DNA from: a bacterium
GTDB taxonomy: Bacteria; UBA8248
DNA length: 64,000 nucleotides
NCBI GenBank assembly: GCA_965203325.1
Contig: OZ241875.1
Location: forward strand, 384,001-448,000
Reading direction: 5' to 3'
The notes beneath the pieces are model-generated. The model saw only the letters and a list, made by a program, of their open reading frames with translations, was not told where the DNA came from and ran no database searches. Made by a program: the position numbers and the translations under genes. How positions within the stretch are numbered: the stretch's first letter is position 1; each line of letters begins with the position of its first letter. Positions 1 to 10,790 of the stretch are shown here, in pieces.

Positions 1-401
1 AATCTCCCGTCTCTCTGAAACGGCGCGAGCGTCTGTATCTGGAGGGCGACTTGCGCGTCGGTGACCAGGATGCCGAGCCGCCGGGCTTCGCGCAGTTGAA
101 GTTTCTCCAGTATGAGAGAATCGAGCGTCTGGCGCCTCAGGCCGAGCTGGCGTGCGAGTTCTTCGGTATAGGCGGCGCCCAGTTGCCGCCTGAGCCTTTC
201 CGCCTGCTGATAGTAGCGTTGCTCGAACTCATGTATCGAAATGGGCGTATCGCCCACCCAGGCCGCAATCCGGCCGCCCCCGGAATCGGCCGGCCTGTCC
301 GTGAGCGCAAATCCGCCGAAAGACACGAACGTGAGCGCTACGAAGCCGAGCAGCGCCTTGAGGACCCAGCTTTTCCCCTTTTCCCTCAAAAAGCGAAGCA
401 T
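1..401 (-). CDS. SurA N-terminal domain / PpiD-like periplasmic chaperone (5' part; runs off window)
   Basis: Read manually (not in ORF track): MLRFLREKGKSWVLKALLGFVALTFVSFGG...AAWVGDTPISIHEFEQRY...LILEKLQLREARRLGILVTD; GGAGAG RBS upstream; divergent from mreB. Confidence 0.8.
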   Translation of the reverse strand, partial: MLRFLREKGKSWVLKALLGFVALTFVSFGGFALTDRPADSGGGRIAAWVGDTPISIHEFEQRYYQQAERLRRQLGAAYTEELARQLGLRRQTLDSLILEKLQLREARRLGILVTDAQVALQIQTLAPFQRDGR

Positions 402-645
402 CAATGTGGCTCTCCTTCCAAATCGACCGACCATGGGGTCGTCCGCGATTGCAGCGGCAAACCAATGAGAAAATAGCCCACCTCTCGCGTCATCGCAAAC
501 CGGATGAGGCGATTTTTGCGGCCCCCGCCCGCAACCCAACGGAATTTTCCTCGAATGGAGGCGCCTCCACCCTTGAAATTGGTGCTTTCCTTGATTTTTC
601 TCACCTGGAGTGTAATCATAATGCGGAATACCGCCCAGGGTATGA

Positions 646-1704
<1,059 letters not shown>

Positions 1705-1785
1705 CCGATATACTTCAACACAGTTGCGAACACTGCCCACAATAGCGCTAGCGCGCGCATTTCTGGAAGCAAACCCTAGAATACT

Positions 1786-2619
1786 ATGTTTCAGTTTCTC
1801 GTCGAACGCAGAAGTTTAGCCCTCCTCATCGGGTTGTTTGTCGTCTGCTTCTCGCTTATGACGCTCAGTGTACGCTTTCGAGGCCAATCCACCTTGATGG
1901 AAAGAGCGCTTCTCTCCCTCGTCGGTTCGGCCATCCGGGTCGCCGAGATACCCAGGAAATGGTCGACCGATCTCTGGAAACAATACCAACTCATCAGGAA
2001 TGCACATGAAGAAAACATCGCGTTGAAGCGAAAACTGCAAACGCTCACTGCGAATCATGCGCAGATACAGGAATTGAAACTGGAAATCGCGCGCCTCGAG
2101 AAACTACTCGGGGCATCACAGAATCTGGAGGCGCCCGTTCGGCTCGCCCGGATTGTGGCTCGCAACAAGAGCATTTACGGGGAATCCTTCCTGCTGGACC
2201 TCGGGTCACGAGACGGCGTGTACAAGAACATGCCGGTCATGCACCAGGCGGGACTCGTGGGAAGAATTTCTCGCGTGGGGAACAATGTGAGCCAGGTTTT
2301 GGCCCTGCTCGATTCGAGAAGCGCCGTCAACGTCATCGCCCAGCGCGCGCGCGCGCAAGGGGTCTTCGCCATTTCCTCGGAAGGAGAAAGCGAGGTGCGC
2401 TATATGCCGCTCCACGTGGAAATGAAGCCCGGAGACCTCCTCATTTCCTCCGGGTTGGGGGGAATCTTCCCGAAAGGACTCCCCGTCGCCCATATAACGG
2501 CAATCACGGACGTCAGGGGATTGTTCCCGAAAATAAAGGCCAAGGCGATCGTGGATTTTTCAAATTTGGAAGAGGTCATGATCCTGATGACCAAGCCTAA
2601 GGACAATCCCTGGAAATGA
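1786..2619 (+). CDS. mreC: Rod shape-determining protein MreC
   Basis: N-terminal TM, coiled coil, GLVGRI and SGLGGIFPKGLPV motifs; follows mreB. Confidence 0.93.
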   Translation: MFQFLVERRSLALLIGLFVVCFSLMTLSVRFRGQSTLMERALLSLVGSAIRVAEIPRKWSTDLWKQYQLIRNAHEENIALKRKLQTLTANHAQIQELKLEIARLEKLLGASQNLEAPVRLARIVARNKSIYGESFLLDLGSRDGVYKNMPVMHQAGLVGRISRVGNNVSQVLALLDSRSAVNVIAQRARAQGVFAISSEGESEVRYMPLHVEMKPGDLLISSGLGGIFPKGLPVAHITAITDVRGLFPKIKAKAIVDFSNLEEVMILMTKPKDNPWK

Positions 2620-3137
2620 TTGTTTTATTTTATATTATTCTCACCGTCCTGACAATCGTCCTGCATACGTCGGTGGCGGATTATTTCTCAATCTGGCTTG
2701 ACGCCAGACCAGACGCCATTCTTCTTGCGACCGTTTTCCTGGGTCTGCATCGTGAGAGGGAGACGGGACTCATCGGAGGATTCAGCCTTGGAATCATTGA
2801 AGACGTCCTCTCCGGAGGCTTGCTGGGTTTCAACGCGCTCCTCAAAGGGCTGATTGGTCATTATACCGGCGGCCTGAAACCCAGCATGACGTCGCGCTTC
2901 ATCGCGTTTCACTGCACTGTTGTGCTTTTCGCTTCGCTATTCAACATTCTGTTCTCTTTTCTTCTGGTAAAAATCTTTCTGCCCTCTCAATTTTTGACAG
3001 TCGGTTATTGGATAGACGCCATCAAGACGGCAGGTCTTAACGTCGCTTTGGCGCCATTCGTCATCAGCCTTCTGGGAAAGATCGAGGAAAAGGTGCTACC
3101 ATCCGAAGCGGACACGCCATATCCGGAGCGATCCTGA
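2616..3137 (+). CDS. mreD: Rod shape-determining protein MreD
   Basis: Hydrophobic 173 aa, GFSLGIIEDVLSGGLLG; between mreC and mrdA. Confidence 0.9.
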   Translation: MIVLFYIILTVLTIVLHTSVADYFSIWLDARPDAILLATVFLGLHRERETGLIGGFSLGIIEDVLSGGLLGFNALLKGLIGHYTGGLKPSMTSRFIAFHCTVVLFASLFNILFSFLLVKIFLPSQFLTVGYWIDAIKTAGLNVALAPFVISLLGKIEEKVLPSEADTPYPERS

Positions 3138-3138
3138 G

Positions 3139-5040
3139 ATGAAAGATTTGCAACTCAATTCCAACCGCACGACGAGCGATGCGCTCAAGCGCCGTGTCGT
3201 CATTCTTGGGATCTTTTTCGGCCTCATTCTTCTCGGCCTGTTCATCAGACTCTGGAACCTTCAGGTGATCCAGGGCGAAAAATTTCGAACCCTCTCAGAA
3301 GACAACCGGATCGCTTACCGACTCGTGCAAAGCCCGAGGGGCATGGTGTTCGACTCGCAAGGAGAACTGCTTGCGGACAACCGCGCCTCGTTCAACATTT
3401 ACCTGATCCGCGAAAATGTGAAAAAACTGCAACAGACCATTCGGCTGCTGGCTGAAATCACGGAACAACCTTTTGAGGAACTCTACAGAAGAACACGGGA
3501 TGCGAACCCCTTCCGGCCATTTCTGATCAAGGCCGACATCAGCCGTAAAACCATGGCCTTTCTCGAGGAGCACAAGCCCGATTATCCGGGCGTATTCGTT
3601 CAAGTGACGCCGCTCAGGCAATACCCCTCAAGTGAGGAGGCAAGCCACCTTCTGGGCTATATGGGAGAGATCAGCAACCGTCAGTTGCAACGGCTGAAGA
3701 AACGAAACTACCGGCAGGGGGATATGCTCGGTCAATACGGAGTAGAGAGAACCCAGGAAAAATTTCTGCGTGGGCAAAGCGGCTTCAAGCAAGTGGAGGT
3801 AGACGCCTACGGAAGAGAACTGCGCGTCGTCCGCCCGTTTGTGGAAAAACCCGGGAACAACGTCTATCTGACGATTGATATGGAGCTTCAGAAAAAAGCG
3901 GAGGAGTTGTTCGAAGCGCATGAGGGGAGCATCGTCATTCTCGACCCCTCGGACGGTGCGATTCTGGCCATGGTGAGCAAGCCGTCTTTCAATCCGAACA
4001 TCTTCGCCAGCGGCATCGACGCCAAAAGCTGGAAAGGCCTCATGAAAGACCCGTTGAAACCACTCGAGAACCGGGCGATTCGCGGGCAATACCCCCCCGG
4101 TTCGATTTTCAAAATCGTAATGGGCTTTGCGATCCTGAACGAGAAAATCGCGCGTTCGGACAAAAAAATACGCTGCCACGGCTCGTTTCCATTCGGGAAA
4201 AAAATATTTCGCGACTGGAAAAAAGGAGGGCACGGACCGATAGACTTCATCCAGTCCATAGCCCAAAGTTGCGACGTCTACTACTACACGAACGGCCACA
4301 AGCTGGGCATCAAGAGAATCGCGCATTACGCGCGCATGTTCGGCCTGGGTTCACCCACCGGGTTCGGAGCCGCCGAAAAAGGGGGGGTCGTGCCCTCGGA
4401 TGCCTGGAAGCGCCGCAGATTCAAGGAAAGATGGTATGAAGGCGAGACGATCAGCGTATCCATCGGCCAGGGCTTTAATCTCGTCACTCCCATGCAGGCC
4501 GCCAACCTCATCGCCACCGTGGCGAACGGCGGACATCTGTGGAAACCCTACGTCGTGAAAAAAGTGCTGAGTCCCCGCGGAAAGACACTCTTCGAGTCCA
4601 GACCCCGACTCATTCGCAAAATTCCCATATCTCCAAAAATTTTCCTGAAAGTTCGAGAAGCGCTCAAAGAAGTCGTTCATGGCGAAAAGGGCACTGCGAA
4701 AAAAGCCCGGATGCCGGATATCGTTGTGGCGGGAAAGACGGGCACCGCCCAGACAGTCGACCTGAAATATACGGGCCGCAAGAAAAAACCCGAAGATTTG
4801 CCTCGAAAATTCAGGGACCATAGCTGGTTCGTCGCATTCGCCCCCTACGAAAATCCAACTATCGCTATCGCCATTCTGGGAGAAAACGCCGGCAGGCCAG
4901 GGTCTTTCTTCGCCCCATACGCGAGAGAGTTGATTTCATTTTATCTCGAGAAAAACGAGCGGCAAATTCTGGCTTCGAGCGAAACCCCTGAAGATAAACG
5001 GCTCTCCGCGAACAACCGGGCTCCGGGAAATCGCAGATGA
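3139..5040 (+). CDS. mrdA: Penicillin-binding protein 2
   Basis: SxxK (PGSIFK), SCD, KTGT motifs; single N-terminal TM. Confidence 0.95.
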   Translation: MKDLQLNSNRTTSDALKRRVVILGIFFGLILLGLFIRLWNLQVIQGEKFRTLSEDNRIAYRLVQSPRGMVFDSQGELLADNRASFNIYLIRENVKKLQQTIRLLAEITEQPFEELYRRTRDANPFRPFLIKADISRKTMAFLEEHKPDYPGVFVQVTPLRQYPSSEEASHLLGYMGEISNRQLQRLKKRNYRQGDMLGQYGVERTQEKFLRGQSGFKQVEVDAYGRELRVVRPFVEKPGNNVYLTIDMELQKKAEELFEAHEGSIVILDPSDGAILAMVSKPSFNPNIFASGIDAKSWKGLMKDPLKPLENRAIRGQYPPGSIFKIVMGFAILNEKIARSDKKIRCHGSFPFGKKIFRDWKKGGHGPIDFIQSIAQSCDVYYYTNGHKLGIKRIAHYARMFGLGSPTGFGAAEKGGVVPSDAWKRRRFKERWYEGETISVSIGQGFNLVTPMQAANLIATVANGGHLWKPYVVKKVLSPRGKTLFESRPRLIRKIPISPKIFLKVREALKEVVHGEKGTAKKARMPDIVVAGKTGTAQTVDLKYTGRKKKPEDLPRKFRDHSWFVAFAPYENPTIAIAILGENAGRPGSFFAPYARELISFYLEKNERQILASSETPEDKRLSANNRAPGNRR

Positions 5041-6178
5041 CGGGCATCGCTGCTTCTCGATCTTCCCCCTTCCGGCGAGCCGTCTCGCAGATGGACTGGC
5101 TGCTCGTTCTGGCCACGATATTGCTCAGCTTGACGGGCATCTATATGATCTACAGCGCCATTCATTCCAACCCCGTTCTCCTGAAAAATTCCCTGCACCT
5201 CAGACAAGCGCTGTGGTCATCCATTGGATTATGCGTACTGCTCTCCATCCTCTTTTTCGACTACCACTTCTTTGCACGATGGGCCTATTTCTTTTACGCC
5301 CTCGTCATCGTTCTGCTCATCGCCGTCCTCTTCACAGGACAAGTGGTCGGCGGCTCGAAACGCTGGCTGGTTTTCGGCCCCTTGCGACTGCAACCCTCCG
5401 AGCTTGCGCGTCTGGCGGTCATCCTCGTGCTGGCCAGATATTTCGGCTCCCGCGAAGAAGAAGAGCCCATGGGCTTCAAGGAACTCATTCCGGCACTTTT
5501 GCTGGTGCTCGCGCCCGTGCTGCTGATTGTCCGACAACCCGATTTGGGCACCGGTCTCACGGTTTTCCTGATAGCGGGAGTCATGGCTCTCGCCGTTGGC
5601 GTCAAGCGAAGAGTCCTCATCACCATCGGAACCGCGGCGGTCGCGTGCGCCCCCCTGGGCTGGTTGTTTCTCAAGGAATATCAACGCCGCCGAATTTGAC
5701 GCTTTTCAACCCCGACGCCGACCCCCTCGGCGCTGGCTACCAGAGCATGCAAAGCATCATCGCCGTCGGCAGCGGAGAAATATGGGGCAAAGGACTTCTC
5801 CAGGGAACCCAGAGCAGGCTCCATTTCCTGCCGGAGAAACACACCGATTTCATTTTCTCCGTCCTGAGTGAAGAACTGGGTTTTATCGGCAGCATCACCG
5901 TATTGGCGTTGTTCTTCATTTTCATTCTGCGGTGCCTGAGCACAGCGCTGAACGCCGCCGACAAGGAAGGCGCCCTGCTCGCCGTAGGCATTACCACGGC
6001 GTTTTTCCTCTACGTCATTTTCAACATCGGGATGACGCTCGGTTTGATGCCCATCGTCGGAATCCCGCTTCCCCTGGTCAGCTACGGGGGGAGCGCCTCT
6101 ATTTCTTCTTTCATCGCCATCGGCCTGGTCTTGAACGTCGGCGTGAGGAGGAAAAGCCTCTCCTCCATGTTCAGCTAA
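5037..6178 (+). pseudogene. rodA: RodA (SEDS glycosyltransferase), frameshifted near 5695-5699 (real lesion or sequencing error)
   Basis: 5037-5699 gives GSKRWL, LQPSELA, QPDLGT and ends LKEYQRRRI*; another frame continues TLFNPDADPLGAGYQ...LPEKHTDFIF...PLVSYGGS to 6178; one extra T in CGAATTTGACG restores RRILTLFNP. Confidence 0.9.
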
Positions 6179-6184
6179 CCTCCC

Positions 6185-7648
6185 CTATTCCCCGTATTCC
6201 CTCTCTCCCGGGGGCGGAGACGCGAAACTGTTCCCGATTGCGATGACGGCGTCGCGACCGCCGTGCCGCTCGACCAGCGCCGCCTGCTCCGCTTTTGCGC
6301 GCCTGTCCACCTCATCGGGGTCGAGGATATCGAAAAGCCGCGCTTTCAGGTCGGTGAGAACTGCCTGATGGGCAGGGCTTCGGGAGAGGTCGCGGCGTTC
6401 TTCGGGGTCGCTCTCCAGATCGAAGAGTTCGGGTTTGTGTCCCGCGTAGTGGATATACTTGTAGCGTCCGCGGCGAATCATGAACAACCCCGTCTTGGCG
6501 CCGAGCGCGTGGAATTCACTGAAAATCTCGCGCTCGGGCTCATCGGGCTCGTTCGCGATGCGGAACAGGGAGTCGCCATGCAGCCGCACTTCCTCATCGC
6601 TTTCAAGCAAACCCGCGCAATCGAGCGCCGTGGGATACAGGTCGATGAGTGAGACCGGTGTTCGCGATACCTTGCCCCCCGGAAGGTCGGGGCCGGAGAC
6701 GATGAGAGGCACGGCGACGGACTCTTCATACATCGTGGATTTTCCCCAAAGGCCGCGCTCGCCCAGGTTGTCTCCATGATCGCTGGCGAAGAGCACCCTC
6801 GTATTGTCCCTGAAACCCGATTCCTCCAGGGTTTTCAGGATTTTTCCGACGTTCGAATCCACAAAGCTGACCATGGCGAAATATGACGCGAGAGCGACCC
6901 GCCGCTTGTGGTCGTCAAAATAATCGTCGTACGGAGCACATTCGTGAAGCGCCCCAATCCAGGGATGCCAGTCGTAACCGCCCGAGGGGTGCGGCCTGGG
7001 CAGGGGTATGTCTTCGAGCGGGTAGAGGTCGTAAAACTCGGGCGGCCCGATGAAGGGAAAATGCGGGCATGTGAGGGAGACGAACAACGCCCACGGCCGC
7101 TCACCATCTTCAGCCGCTTGCCCGGCTATCCATTCACAGGCCAAATCGGTGACTTGCCCGTCATAGGCGATGTACTTGGAGTCTCCCGGCCCGATGCGCT
7201 CGGCCATCCACTCCGGATTGTTCCTGGGAGGCAGGCCCTTCTCGTCGCGTACCGCGCTGTGGATATCGCCCACTCCCCCTTTGGGCAGATGCAGGGGGAT
7301 GAGCTGTTCGTCGAAGCCGACGGGAACCTCGGCGTTTCGGTAATGGAGCTTGCCGACCGAGGCGGTTCTCACCCCGGCGTCCTGAAGCCGGTGGCCCCAA
7401 CTCGGGGGTTCTCCCTCGTAGGGGTGGGCATTGTCCCAGGCGCTGATTTCATGCACGTACCTGCCTGTGGCGAAACTCGCACGGGCCGGTACGCAGATAG
7501 GGCAGTTCGTATATGCGCTCTCGAAGCGCGTGCCCGAAGCAGCGAGCGCATCGATGTTCGGCGTCTTGACGATTGGATGCCCATAGCACCCCATGATCTT
7601 CCGGGTGTGCTCATCGTCCATCAAGAGCAAGAAATTCATCGGTTCCAT
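6185..7648 (-). CDS. Formylglycine-dependent sulfatase (choline-sulfatase-like)
   Basis: NFLLLMDDEH, CVPARASFATG (CxPxR), GKLH, SDHG, WGKSTMYEES; start set at ATG 7648 behind GGGGAG RBS. Confidence 0.88.
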   Translation of the reverse strand: MEPMNFLLLMDDEHTRKIMGCYGHPIVKTPNIDALAASGTRFESAYTNCPICVPARASFATGRYVHEISAWDNAHPYEGEPPSWGHRLQDAGVRTASVGKLHYRNAEVPVGFDEQLIPLHLPKGGVGDIHSAVRDEKGLPPRNNPEWMAERIGPGDSKYIAYDGQVTDLACEWIAGQAAEDGERPWALFVSLTCPHFPFIGPPEFYDLYPLEDIPLPRPHPSGGYDWHPWIGALHECAPYDDYFDDHKRRVALASYFAMVSFVDSNVGKILKTLEESGFRDNTRVLFASDHGDNLGERGLWGKSTMYEESVAVPLIVSGPDLPGGKVSRTPVSLIDLYPTALDCAGLLESDEEVRLHGDSLFRIANEPDEPEREIFSEFHALGAKTGLFMIRRGRYKYIHYAGHKPELFDLESDPEERRDLSRSPAHQAVLTDLKARLFDILDPDEVDRRAKAEQAALVERHGGRDAVIAIGNSFASPPPGEREYGE

Positions 7649-7967
7649 CCGTGAAACTCCCCGAATTGATTGGAAATGATCAAGAATTCGCAAAATCATA
7701 TCCTTAAATACACCGAATTGGGAAATACTCCCCTCACCCGAATTACGGCAAAGCGCTCTCACTCATTTTGACCATCGACACGCGCGGCCATGCGTATTCA
7801 AACGAGACGGCTCAGGTATGCGGATTTACCCCGGTTGCCAATTCCTTCGGTTTCCGTCATTATAAGAACTTGGTTCGCCCAGACCCCCAATAGGCGCAGG
7901 TCGGGGACCTGAAAGACGTATATATGCCTCACCGCATATGGCGAGAGGCTTTAACAGGTTGATTACA

Positions 7968-10790
7968 ATGAATTTAGACTACGCACGGGACGTATTCCCT
8001 TTCGTCCAGAAACCTTCGCGTTATCTGGGGAACGAGGTCAATTCCATCCACAAAGACCTCACCGGGGTGAAGAACCGCGTCGCCCTTGCCTTCCCGGATA
8101 CCTATGAAGTCGGCATGTCGCACAACGGCATCCGCATACTCTATCACCTCCTGAACGCTGACGAAGACGTCGCCGCCGAGCGGGTTTTTCTCCCCTGGGA
8201 TGATTTCGAAACCATCCTGAGAAGCAAGGACGCGCTCCTGACCACGCTGGAGAGCAGAACGCCCGTCCGGGAATTCCATATTCTGGGGATATCGCTCCTG
8301 TATGAACTGGCCGCCAGCAACATCGTCTTGCTGCTCGATCTGGCCGGCATCCCCAGGCGATCCGCCCAAAGGCGCAGAGATGACCCGCTCGTCATCGCGG
8401 GCGGCCCCGTGACGTTCAACGTGGAGCCGATGGCGCCTTTCTTCGACGCCGTCGCCTTAGGGGACGGAGAGGAGCTTTTCCCCGACGTCATCAAGGCCCA
8501 CGAAAGGTGGCGGGAGACGAACGCACCGAGAGAAGCGCTTCTGGAGATGCTGGAGGAGATTGACGGGATTTACGTCCCGAGCCGCTACGTTGTCGAGCAC
8601 GAGCCCGACGGCGAGGTGAAGCGCTTCCATCACGTCAGCGGACACCAGGAACCCGTATTGGCGCGCGTTCTGGAGGATTTGAACGATTCGCCCCACCCCA
8701 CGCAGCCGGTCATCCCCTACACGCAGGTGGTGCACGACCGGGTGACGCTTGAGGTGCAGCGCGGTTGTACGAGGGGATGCCGTTTCTGTCACGCGGGGAT
8801 GGTCTACCGCCCCGTTCGGGACCGGGAGCCGCACAAAGTCCTCGAACTCGCCGAGGAATCCCTCAAGAATACGGGCTATGAGGAAATCAGCCTCTCATCG
8901 CTTTGCATCGCCGATTATCAGCCCTTGAAAGGCCTGGTGCCCCGCATGATGGAGCGCCTCGCTCCCATGCAGACCTCCATCTCCCTGCCTTCGCTGCGCG
9001 TCGGTGCGATGAGCCCGGACCTCCTGGCCCAGATTGCGCGGGTGCGCCGCACGGGCTTCACCCTCGTGCCGGAGGCGGGCAGCGAGCGCCTGCGCAACGT
9101 CATCAACAAGGTGCTGACCGAGGCGGACCTCAAGCGAAACCTGCAGGACATCCTCGATACCGGCTGGCCGGGCGTGAAATTCTACTTCATGCTCGGCCTT
9201 CCCACCGAGAATTTCGACGATTTGCAGGAGATGGCGGACATGCTCGCCTCCTGCATGAAAATGCGTTCGCGAAAAACGGGCGAACCGTTCCGCTTCATCA
9301 ACGTCAGCCTTTCCACTTTCGTGCCGAAGCCCCATACGCCGTTCCAGTGGTTTCCCCAGAACACCAAAGAGGAAATCAAGGCGAAACTCGATTTCATCAA
9401 GCGCGCCGTGCCTGACCGGAGAATCAAGCTGCACTGGTCGAATCCCGAGCACAGTTTTCTCGAAGCGGTCATCTCGAAAGGCGACCGCCGCCAGGCGGAC
9501 GTCATCGAGACGGCGGTCGACTCAGGCTGCAAATTCGACGGCTGGATGGAGTTTTTCGATTACGAGAAGTGGATGGCCGCCTTTGAAGCCCATGGACTCG
9601 ACCCGGAATGGTACGCTTACCGCGAAATACCCGAAGATGCGCCGCTGCCCTGGGATCATCTCGACTGCGGGGTGACCAAGGAGTACCAACTCGCCGACTG
9701 GAAGCGCTCCCTGCGCGAGGTCACCATCGGCGACTGCCGCTACGAGGCGTGCGGCCAATGCGGCATTCTGGATAAATACAAGGGCATCAAATACCACTAC
9801 GAAAAAACCATGCCGCTTGAAAGCTCCCCTCTTCCGGTCATCAACATGCCCGTTCAGGCGGGCGGCATGGTTCAGGCGGCGGATTTGCCGCCCGGACAGG
9901 ACATTGCGCCCGCCGAGCCGGTGGAACTCGCCATCGCCAAGGCCCGGCCCGAGGCGCAGCGTCCCAGGCAGAGGAGGCGCAAGAGCGTCGCCCGGGAGTC
10001 CGGCCCCGTACCGGTGGGTTTCGAGGGCGCACACGACGACAATCCCGGCCTCGCCGAAGAACAACCCGACGCGCCCGTACGCAAGTTCAGGTTCATCTAC
10101 GAAAAATCCGGAGACCTGCGCTTTTTGAGCCACCTGGAGATTTTGAGAACCTTTATCCGCGCCATTCAGCGCGCGGGCTATCGCCTGGAACATTCCAGAG
10201 GCTTCAATCCGCACCCGAAAATCGTCTTCTCCCATGCACTTCCCGTGGGGGTGGAAAGCCGCGCGGAAGTGGTGGATTTCTCGCTCCTGGAGGGGAGTGG
10301 ACAAATCCGGTTGCGGGATTTATTCCAAAACCTGAAGCGAGAACTCCCGCGCGGCCTCAAACCGCGTTCGGGATGGCGTATCGAGGGGAAAACGCCTTCG
10401 TCCGCCAATGCGCTCAGCGCCGCGACCTATGAAATCTCCTTGTCTCGTGAAGACCTGGACCCGCCCCAAGCGCCGGATTCACAGATAAAAACCATCATCG
10501 AAGAGTTCATGGATGAGGAAAGCATTGAAATAACGCGCGAGCACAAGGGGAAGATAAAACAATTCGACGCGCGGCCGTCCATCATGCGATTTTCGCTCGA
10601 ACCTTCGACGGACGCCGCCGTCCGCCTGCACCTCACGCTGCGCTATGGAGACGGCGTGAAACCGAAGGTAACGGAAATCCTCGCCAGATGCTTCGGTTTG
10701 TCTCCCGAGGCGTGCCTGAGGGCCCGGATCCGGAAAATCTCCGTCCAATGGAGAGCGGGTGCATCCCGCGCGATAGAACATGCCGTCTGA
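7968..10790 (+). CDS. TIGR03960-type radical SAM protein fused to TIGR03936/DUF2344 domain
   Basis: KPSRYLGNE, AFPDTYEVGMSH, CTRGCRFC (CxxxCxxC), FVPKPHTPFQW; C-terminal LRFLSHLE...SRGFNPHPK...ALPVGVES. Confidence 0.9.
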   Translation: MNLDYARDVFPFVQKPSRYLGNEVNSIHKDLTGVKNRVALAFPDTYEVGMSHNGIRILYHLLNADEDVAAERVFLPWDDFETILRSKDALLTTLESRTPVREFHILGISLLYELAASNIVLLLDLAGIPRRSAQRRRDDPLVIAGGPVTFNVEPMAPFFDAVALGDGEELFPDVIKAHERWRETNAPREALLEMLEEIDGIYVPSRYVVEHEPDGEVKRFHHVSGHQEPVLARVLEDLNDSPHPTQPVIPYTQVVHDRVTLEVQRGCTRGCRFCHAGMVYRPVRDREPHKVLELAEESLKNTGYEEISLSSLCIADYQPLKGLVPRMMERLAPMQTSISLPSLRVGAMSPDLLAQIARVRRTGFTLVPEAGSERLRNVINKVLTEADLKRNLQDILDTGWPGVKFYFMLGLPTENFDDLQEMADMLASCMKMRSRKTGEPFRFINVSLSTFVPKPHTPFQWFPQNTKEEIKAKLDFIKRAVPDRRIKLHWSNPEHSFLEAVISKGDRRQADVIETAVDSGCKFDGWMEFFDYEKWMAAFEAHGLDPEWYAYREIPEDAPLPWDHLDCGVTKEYQLADWKRSLREVTIGDCRYEACGQCGILDKYKGIKYHYEKTMPLESSPLPVINMPVQAGGMVQAADLPPGQDIAPAEPVELAIAKARPEAQRPRQRRRKSVARESGPVPVGFEGAHDDNPGLAEEQPDAPVRKFRFIYEKSGDLRFLSHLEILRTFIRAIQRAGYRLEHSRGFNPHPKIVFSHALPVGVESRAEVVDFSLLEGSGQIRLRDLFQNLKRELPRGLKPRSGWRIEGKTPSSANALSAATYEISLSREDLDPPQAPDSQIKTIIEEFMDEESIEITREHKGKIKQFDARPSIMRFSLEPSTDAAVRLHLTLRYGDGVKPKVTEILARCFGLSPEACLRARIRKISVQWRAGASRAIEHAV

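Noticed and set aside
5690..5700. Programmed frameshift or selenocysteine read-through at the rodA TGA
   Set aside because: In-frame read-through does not restore the protein (a -1 shift is needed), and there is no canonical slippery heptamer.
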